IMG/VR virus record: IMGVR_UViG_3300023174_004816
Coordinates: 64,001 to 74,740 of that record
DNA: 10,740 nucleotides
From: a virus
Taxonomy: Duplodnaviria > Heunggongvirae > Uroviricota > Caudoviricetes
Reading direction: 5' to 3' (one strand)
Within the stretch, counting starts at the first letter, position 1. Each line of letters opens with the position of its first letter. The notes beneath the pieces were generated by a model. The model was given only the letters and a program-made list of their open reading frames with translations, did no database searches and was not told where the DNA came from. Below are positions 5,927-10,740 of this stretch, piece after piece. A program made the translations under genes and the position numbers.

Positions 5927-6208
5927 TTGCAAAAAATAAAAGATTTCTGGAGTGCCAGTTTTCACTCCGATCGCACTGCTTTCTGGTTTGACCTTGTGAG
6001 CTTTGTGTTTACCGTGGGTGCCAGTCTTACCTTGGCATTCACTGCTCAAAATCCCGACATGGCCTGGATCTATCCGGGCTTCTTTGTGGGCAGTATAGCT
6101 GGAGTGTACGCATACTGGCGCAGAGAACTCATGTGGCCACTGTTGCTCACAGCATATTTTGCCTGTGTCAATGTATTTGGATATGGACGTGCAGTGGGTT
6201 GGTGGTAA
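5927..6208 (+). CDS. Small 3-TM membrane protein, PnuC/nicotinamide mononucleotide transporter-like
   Basis: TTG start 2 nt after the upstream stop. It has three hydrophobic helices and a C-terminal Y...N.FG...W pattern reminiscent of PnuC-like proteins. The CDS is well supported, the family call is moderate. Confidence 0.5.
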   Translation: MQKIKDFWSASFHSDRTAFWFDLVSFVFTVGASLTLAFTAQNPDMAWIYPGFFVGSIAGVYAYWRRELMWPLLLTAYFACVNVFGYGRAVGWW

Positions 6209-6214
6209 AACCAC

Positions 6215-6243
6215 TTGACAAACTCCTGAGATTCATACATAAT
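6215..6243 (+). promoter_or_regulatory. sigma70-like promoter
   Basis: TTGACA(6215)-17 nt-CATAAT(6238), SD AAGGAG 6255-6260, ATG 6266. A GTGGT-aaa-ACCAC hairpin (6202-6214) abuts the -35 box. Confidence 0.75.
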
Positions 6244-6265
6244 AGCATTATCACAAGGAGTCTAA

Positions 6266-6442
6266 ATGGACCAGAACGAATTTAATGCTCAAATTAAAAT
6301 ATTGATTGACGAGTATCGCTCGTTGAATCAACAATTGAATACAGCACCAGATCGCCAGGCCGTGATGCAACAGATGCATGACTGTGTGCGCCGCCAAAAC
6401 GCCTTGCGAGAACAATTTACCAAAGGAGAACCAAATGTCTAA
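6266..6442 (+). CDS. Small coiled-coil-like hypothetical protein (58 aa, MDQNEFNAQIKILIDEYRSL...), not in the ORF track
   Basis: Promoter, strong SD and ATG. It overlaps the next gene by 8 nt. Confidence 0.75.
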   Translation: MDQNEFNAQIKILIDEYRSLNQQLNTAPDRQAVMQQMHDCVRRQNALREQFTKGEPNV

Positions 6443-6620
6443 CCATGACGCAATCAAAACAGCATTCGAAACATACATCGCCGAGAACGAAAAGTTTGCA
6501 GGCAAAGGTGTCAAAGCCGCGGCAGCTCGTGCTCGTAAAGCTCTACAAGAAATGAGCAAGGCCATCAAGGAACGCCGCAAAGAAATCACAGCAGAAAAAG
6601 AAGCTCTCTCAGCCAAATAA
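6435..6620 (+). CDS. Histone H1-like (Hc1 family) DNA-binding protein, 61 aa
   Basis: SD AAAGGAG 6422-6428 and ATG 6435. The motif E..KF..KG.KAAA.RARKA..E..K..KE.RK is typical of small Hc1-family proteins. Confidence 0.75.
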   Translation: MSNHDAIKTAFETYIAENEKFAGKGVKAAAARARKALQEMSKAIKERRKEITAEKEALSAK

Positions 6621-6631
6621 GGACCTAGTCA

Positions 6632-7300
6632 ATGAACACATTATCAGCCGCTTCTAGTCTTAACACAGCCATTGCTGGTGTGCTTGGACGTATGTCCGCA
6701 GGCATCCTGGCCACCTTGGTCATTGCAGGAATTGTCAACAGCTTGGGTCTAGTACCTGTGCTGTTTTCAGGTATCCTGGGATATGTTATTATTTTTGCAC
6801 CCCTGGTCATGAGTTTGTACTTGGCCTGGAAAGGTGACAGCCTTTCCGAGAGTGCCATCAAAGCATGGTATTTTGCTTTTGCAGGCGCCATGGGCTTGAG
6901 CTTGAGTGTTATCTTTGCTGTGTACACTTCAGCATCCATAGCACAGGCCTTGATTGGTACCACAGTGAGCTTTGGCGCACTGGCAGGCTGGGGATATTTT
7001 ACCAAGCGTGATATCTCGGGTTGGGGACCATTCTTGTTTGCCGGAGTGATTGGATTATTGGTCGCAGGCATTGTTAATATCTTTGTGGCCAGCACCGCAC
7101 TACAGATGACATTGAATGTGTTGACCATTCTAATCTTTCTTGGACTCACTGCCTATGATATGAATCGCATCCGCGACATGTTCTGGGGAGCTTCACAGTC
7201 TGAAGTTGGCCGCATGCAATGGTTTGCCGCACTGAGCTTGTACATCAACTTTATCAATATCTTTGTTTCGTTGTTACAACTCATTGGAGATAGACGATAA
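6632..7300 (+). CDS. Bax inhibitor-1/YccA family membrane protein (YbhL-like)
   Basis: 222 aa with about 7 TM helices, Y..KRD.S.WG..L, GLTAYD...I and C-terminal AL.LY..FINIF..LL...G.RR. Confidence 0.9.
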   Translation: MNTLSAASSLNTAIAGVLGRMSAGILATLVIAGIVNSLGLVPVLFSGILGYVIIFAPLVMSLYLAWKGDSLSESAIKAWYFAFAGAMGLSLSVIFAVYTSASIAQALIGTTVSFGALAGWGYFTKRDISGWGPFLFAGVIGLLVAGIVNIFVASTALQMTLNVLTILIFLGLTAYDMNRIRDMFWGASQSEVGRMQWFAALSLYINFINIFVSLLQLIGDRR

Positions 7301-7503
7301 TGTATCTTACACCTGAGGAGTGGAAATCAATAAAGGACAAGCTGATCAAGGCTTCGCCAAAATTACTTTTGATATCAACTTTCTTGGTTGTTGGCTATTC
7401 GTTTGGTTGGTACATGAAAGGACAGGATGTAATGATGGATTGCAAGTATGCTGGAGCATTTCGTCACTACACTGACAGCTTTACTTGCCAACGCAAGATA
7501 TGA
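7300..7503 (+). CDS. Small single-TM hypothetical protein (67 aa)
   Basis: TAATG overlap with the upstream gene and one hydrophobic segment (LLLISTFLVVGYSFGWY). Confidence 0.75.
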   Translation: MYLTPEEWKSIKDKLIKASPKLLLISTFLVVGYSFGWYMKGQDVMMDCKYAGAFRHYTDSFTCQRKI

Positions 7504-7685
7504 CACGCTACAGTTTTATTACAACCATAGTGGAAGATCCCGATCACCCAGGTGAAATGTTGTTGGACTTGGGTGATGAACTGTGCGAGCACTTGGGTTG
7601 GAAACCAGGCGATGAACTTGACTGGATAGACAACAAGGACGGAACATGGACTTTACGAAAGAAGACATCCATATCTACAACTTAG
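7500..7685 (+). CDS. AbrB/MazE/SpoVT-like DNA-binding domain protein (61 aa)
   Basis: ATGA overlap start at 7500. GEMLLDL..EL.E.LGWKPGDELDW.....G...L.K matches the swapped-hairpin pattern. Confidence 0.7.
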   Translation: MTRYSFITTIVEDPDHPGEMLLDLGDELCEHLGWKPGDELDWIDNKDGTWTLRKKTSISTT

Positions 7686-8149
7686 ATGATGCTACAACTG
7701 ACACCTTAACTTTGAGTAGTTTGGGTGCCAGCCAAACAACATACACACTAGACCCTGGATATGGAGCAGTGCCCAGCGCCAGCATTACCATTGGCAGTGG
7801 AATAACAAACGGCAATCTCAGCAACATTTCGTTGACATCGCCACAAGTGTACACAACCAATGGCACCTCTGGTGGCTTTACCTGGGCTAACCTTAGTGAA
7901 CCGCCATCGGGCAAGCTCACCCTACAAGGTCCCAATGCTGATATCGAAGTCAATGGCGAAAGCCTGATGACTGCGATCCGTAAAATTGAAGAACGTCTTA
8001 ACATACTCAAACCCAACGAAAAATTAGAAGCCGAGTGGGATCAACTGCGCGAGCTAGGCGAACAATATCGTGCATTGGAAAAGAAACTCATGGAACAAAA
8101 CGAAATGTGGAGTGCCCTGAAAAAAATGCCGCCACCGGAGATCAAATGA
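7646..8149 (+). CDS. Hypothetical protein (167 aa) with a Thr/Ser/Gly-rich N-terminus and coiled-coil C-terminus
   Basis: AAGGA upstream of ATG 7646, and an ATGA overlap with nadE. Confidence 0.75.
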   Translation: MDFTKEDIHIYNLDDATTDTLTLSSLGASQTTYTLDPGYGAVPSASITIGSGITNGNLSNISLTSPQVYTTNGTSGGFTWANLSEPPSGKLTLQGPNADIEVNGESLMTAIRKIEERLNILKPNEKLEAEWDQLRELGEQYRALEKKLMEQNEMWSALKKMPPPEIK

Positions 8150-8913
8150 CACCAAAACAAAGAATTAACTATATCACCAAGTGGATCAAAGACTACGCCA
8201 AGAAGAACAAGATAAAAACTCTTGTAGTTGGCGTGTCAGGCGGTATTGACTCAGCAGTGGTATCCACCTTGTGCGCTCGCACTGGCATTGATACCTATGC
8301 TGTGTGCATGCCTATCAAGCAGAGCAAGCACACTCATCAACTCAGCCTAGCACACGCTCAGTGGCTGGCAACCACTTTTGAAAATGTAGACAACTTTACA
8401 GTAGATCTCACACCAACTTTCAAACAGTTTGAAAAAACATTGGCACCAGTGTTTGATTCGGAGTTGGCATTTGCCAATAGTCGTAGTCGCTTGCGCATGA
8501 TGACGCTGTATCAAATTGCACAAAGTGTCAATGGCATTGTTGTGGGCACAGGCAACCGAGTTGAAGACTTTGGCGTGGGATTCTTTACCAAGTATGGTGA
8601 TGGCGGTGTAGACATCAGCCCCATTGGTGACTGTATGAAAACTGAAGTATGGGCCATGGGTCGAGAGCTTGGAGTCATGCAGGAAATCATTGACGCCGCA
8701 CCCACAGATGGACTTTGGTCCGACGGACGCACAGATGAAGATCAACTGGGTATGAGTTATGTGGATTTAGAAATCTCCATGTACATAGATCAGGGATTGA
8801 CTGAGTGCAATGATAAAACTTTTAAACAAAATTTAAAACGCTATCGAGAACTTCGCTCTCGCAATTTACACAAAATGCAACCCATCCCGGTTTGCACCAT
8901 GCCCAAGGAATAA
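8146..8913 (+). CDS. nadE: NH3-dependent NAD+ synthetase (255 aa, no glutaminase domain)
   Basis: PP-loop [30 protein letters not shown] and [12 protein letters not shown]. Start reassigned to ATG 8146 (ATGA overlap). Confidence 0.95.
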   Translation: MTPKQRINYITKWIKDYAKKNKIKTLVVGVSGGIDSAVVSTLCARTGIDTYAVCMPIKQSKHTHQLSLAHAQWLATTFENVDNFTVDLTPTFKQFEKTLAPVFDSELAFANSRSRLRMMTLYQIAQSVNGIVVGTGNRVEDFGVGFFTKYGDGGVDISPIGDCMKTEVWAMGRELGVMQEIIDAAPTDGLWSDGRTDEDQLGMSYVDLEISMYIDQGLTECNDKTFKQNLKRYRELRSRNLHKMQPIPVCTMPKE

Positions 8914-8914
8914 G

Positions 8915-9241
8915 ATGACTTATGTTGTGACCGAAGCCTGCGTTCGATGCAGGTATACAGATTGTGTTGACGTATGTCCAGTGGACTGTTTCAAAGCAGG
9001 ACCAAACTTCCTTGTCATTGACCCCAACGAGTGTATTGACTGTGCTGTGTGTGTTCCAGAATGCCCTGTAAATGCCATCTACTCCGACGCAGATGTTCCT
9101 GCAGATCAACAAGAGTTTATTGAGATCAATCGAGAACTCAGTGCAGTATGGAGCAATATTACCAAAAAAGAATTGGCCTTGCCCGATGCTGACGCCTGGG
9201 CCAAAGTTCTGCCCAAACGACAGCTTTTGGATCGTGGTTGA
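8915..9241 (+). CDS. fdxA: 7Fe ([3Fe-4S]+[4Fe-4S]) ferredoxin, Azotobacter FdI/FdxA type
   Basis: All nine Cys of the FdxA pattern are present (C9,12,17,21,25,40,43,46,50), with [18 protein letters not shown] and the C-terminal LPDAD.W extension. Confidence 0.93.
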   Translation: MTYVVTEACVRCRYTDCVDVCPVDCFKAGPNFLVIDPNECIDCAVCVPECPVNAIYSDADVPADQQEFIEINRELSAVWSNITKKELALPDADAWAKVLPKRQLLDRG

Positions 9242-9266
9242 CCAGTAATTCACAATCTCTTATAAT
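9238..9266 (+). promoter_or_regulatory. sigma70-like promoter
   Basis: GG-TTGACC(9238)-17 nt-TATAAT(9261). The -35 box contains the fdxA TGA stop. GGAG at 9286-9289, ATG at 9296. Confidence 0.85.
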
Positions 9267-9295
9267 ACTAGAATGCAAACATTTTGGAGTTATCA

Positions 9296-9682
9296 ATGAC
9301 CATGCATCTTGAAGGTCCTTGGCTTTCAACCACCGGCAAAAAGAAAGGCCCTAAAAAATGGGCAAGTGCAGAAGCCAAACGCAAGGCAGAACAGTTGGAT
9401 GAAAGCTGGAAAGAAATGCTCAAGCGCCACGGTGTTGAACAGGAAAAGAAACGCCAGCGTCGAGCTCTAACCGCAGACACATGGAAACCCACTACCACTG
9501 TATTCCGTAGGGAAACTCCTGTGATCAACAGTTTGCCTTTTACAGGTGGACCTTGTGTAAAGCCCGCAGAAAAAGTCTACACAGGTACCAAGGTCAAGGG
9601 CATTGGTACCATGCACAAGTCCAATGCTGTACCAATCTTTTCGGATGACGAAGCTGTAGCAATCTCACAGATGAGACGATGA
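9296..9682 (+). CDS. Conserved phage hypothetical protein, basic (128 aa; C-terminal YTGT..KGI.TMHKSNAVP motif)
   Basis: Promoter, SD and ATG 9296. The C-terminal motif is one I recognise from large-myovirus hypotheticals. Confidence 0.8.
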   Translation: MTMHLEGPWLSTTGKKKGPKKWASAEAKRKAEQLDESWKEMLKRHGVEQEKKRQRRALTADTWKPTTTVFRRETPVINSLPFTGGPCVKPAEKVYTGTKVKGIGTMHKSNAVPIFSDDEAVAISQMRR

Positions 9683-9897
9683 TACTGTACCCAGCAAGAG
9701 TTGATTGGCAAGATGGCGACACCATTTTACTATGGGACGGATTCCTAGAGTCTGTGATTGAAGTTTTTGGGTTACCTGGCGACCGCTATGTCACAGCATT
9801 GGATTCTAATTACATGGATTTTAAATTTTACACAGAGCAAGACCGTATTCTGTTTCTCACAGGATGGTCTGCTCGTATTTTACCGGAGCAACAATGA
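9679..9897 (+). CDS. Phage hypothetical protein (72 aa, FGLPG motif)
   Basis: ATGA overlaps at both ends. Confidence 0.75.
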   Translation: MILYPARVDWQDGDTILLWDGFLESVIEVFGLPGDRYVTALDSNYMDFKFYTEQDRILFLTGWSARILPEQQ

Positions 9898-10259
9898 GTT
9901 TGACATTTGAACAACAAAGAGTTTGGAATCGCCTCAACGACAAACCAGGCAACTACTATGAACAAAGTGCCGAACCCGAACGTGAGCAATTTCGGCAATT
10001 TATGAAAGGTATCTTGCAGGATGGGCCGGTGTTGGTAGAATTCATCAAAGCTGACGGATCCGTACGGGCAATGAATTGCACACTCAGCGAAGAACATGGT
10101 GCTAAGTACATCATGAAAGAAAACACAGTACCGGTGGAACGAGCACATTTGCCACCCAAGGTAAACAACGATGTCTGCAAGATTTGGGATATCGATCAAA
10201 ACGCCTGGCGCAGTTTCCGCTGGGACCGGCTAAAAAGGATTGAGTTCTCAATTGGCTAA
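9894..10259 (+). CDS. WYL_2 / Sm-like SH3 beta-barrel protein (121 aa)
   Basis: V.F.K.DGS.R.M.CTL ... WD.D...WRSFR...L pattern. Start at ATG 9894 (ATGA overlap). Confidence 0.8.
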   Translation: MSLTFEQQRVWNRLNDKPGNYYEQSAEPEREQFRQFMKGILQDGPVLVEFIKADGSVRAMNCTLSEEHGAKYIMKENTVPVERAHLPPKVNNDVCKIWDIDQNAWRSFRWDRLKRIEFSIG

Positions 10260-10470
10260 AGAAGAAGGAATCCGCATGGAAGGCACAGTCACTGACGTAC
10301 TTCCAAATGCCATGTTCCGCGTCAAAGTGGACAATATCGAAAAAGAAGTCATGGGCATTATCTCAGGAAAAATGCGTATGCACAATATCAAAATCTTGTT
10401 GGGCGACCGAGTGGAAATAGAATTCAGCCCCTACGACATAACCAAAGGGCGTATCACACGACGCCGGTAA
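10252..10470 (+). CDS. infA: Translation initiation factor IF-1 (72 aa)
   Basis: [19 protein letters not shown].......V...ISGKMRM..IKIL.GDRV.IE.SPYD.TKGRI. A TTG start at 10252 gives the canonical MAKE N-terminus and 72-aa length. Confidence 0.95.
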   Translation: MAKEEGIRMEGTVTDVLPNAMFRVKVDNIEKEVMGIISGKMRMHNIKILLGDRVEIEFSPYDITKGRITRRR

Positions 10471-10473
10471 ATA
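10468..10473 (+). promoter_or_regulatory. Possible T4-like late promoter core (TAAATA)
   Basis: TAAATA includes the infA stop and lies 5 nt before an SD-less ATG. Partial match to TATAAATA. Confidence 0.35.
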
Positions 10474-10478
10474 GTAGT

Positions 10479-10740
10479 ATGGAATCAGAACTAATGTATG
10501 AATTGGTACGCCTTGTTGAGGCTACTACACGTCCAGCCAAGCTGGAAACCACACCCTTGCCCTACGGCATCAAGGATCTTGATCCTGTGATGAGTGAAAA
10601 AACCCTAGATTATCATTTTGAACATTTGGCCAAAGGCTACGCCAAACGCTACAACGCAGGAGAAGGCAATGCGGATTTTAATCGTGCTGGCAGTTTTTTA
10701 CACAATATGTTCTTCCCTCAGCTTAGGGCTCCTAAAAGCC
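10479..10740 (+). CDS. Fe/Mn superoxide dismutase family protein, 3'-truncated by the window edge
   Basis: Open frame from ATG 10479 to the window end, containing LPY...L.PV.S..TL.YH...... Y and FN.AG..LHN.FF. It is absent from the track because there is no stop. The metal type (Fe or Mn) cannot be assigned. Confidence 0.85.
   Translation, partial: MESELMYELVRLVEATTRPAKLETTPLPYGIKDLDPVMSEKTLDYHFEHLAKGYAKRYNAGEGNADFNRAGSFLHNMFFPQLRAPKS

Noticed and set aside
7887-7896. CTAACCTTAG, similar to the right half of the palindromic element
   Set aside because: It has an extra base, lacks the left arm, lies inside a CDS and has no adjacent promoter.
8035-8145. Extended N-termini in the track (8035 for nadE; likewise 1901, 2229, 2942, 4986, 6378, 7485, 9284, 9864, 10240)
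   Set aside because: They run through upstream genes or promoter boxes. Downstream starts with an SD or stop/start overlap fit better.
137-10199. The minus-strand ORFs in the track (e.g. 137-520, 2804-3250, 6625-7149, 8822-9253, 9828-10199)
   Set aside because: They are antisense shadows of well-supported + strand genes, have no recognisable motifs, and all promoters and SD sites point to the + strand.
1-10740. Cellular chromosome origin suggested by nadE, fdxA, infA, sod and BI-1
   Set aside because: These genes are not in their usual bacterial contexts and are interleaved with phage-type small hypotheticals. The whole window is single-stranded in orientation with repeated strong promoters. 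A phage origin is still an inference, as no virion gene is in the window.
1-10740. tRNA, rRNA, alternative genetic code
   Set aside because: No intergenic gap shows a cloverleaf. TAA, TAG and TGA all terminate genes cleanly, and the conserved proteins are full length in code 11.

Overview
This 10.7-kb window looks like a fragment of a large lytic phage genome (T4-like/jumbo myovirus style, inferred from gene content and organisation). About 29 tightly packed or overlapping CDSs all lie on the + strand and read through in the standard code. The left half (about 1350-4900) is a hypervariable-type region of small hypothetical genes. Most are preceded by strong sigma70-like promoters, four of which share a conserved ~60-80 nt promoter-leader-SD cassette. 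Three of those four carry a 22-nt element AGGTTAG-N6-CTAACTTAG just upstream of the -35 box, whose core approximates the perfect palindrome GTTAGTGCGCACTAAC. One gene (3747-4449) is split by an apparent +1 frameshift. The right half holds host-like auxiliary genes: a 3-TM PnuC-like membrane protein, an Hc1 histone-like protein, a BI-1/YccA/YbhL-family membrane protein, an AbrB/MazE-like protein, NH3-dependent NAD+ synthetase (nadE), a 7Fe ferredoxin (fdxA), a WYL_2/Sm-like protein, translation initiation factor IF-1 (infA) and the start of an Fe/Mn superoxide dismutase. I found no tRNA, rRNA, CRISPR array, integrase or transposase. All family assignments come from motif recognition by eye, not from database searches.
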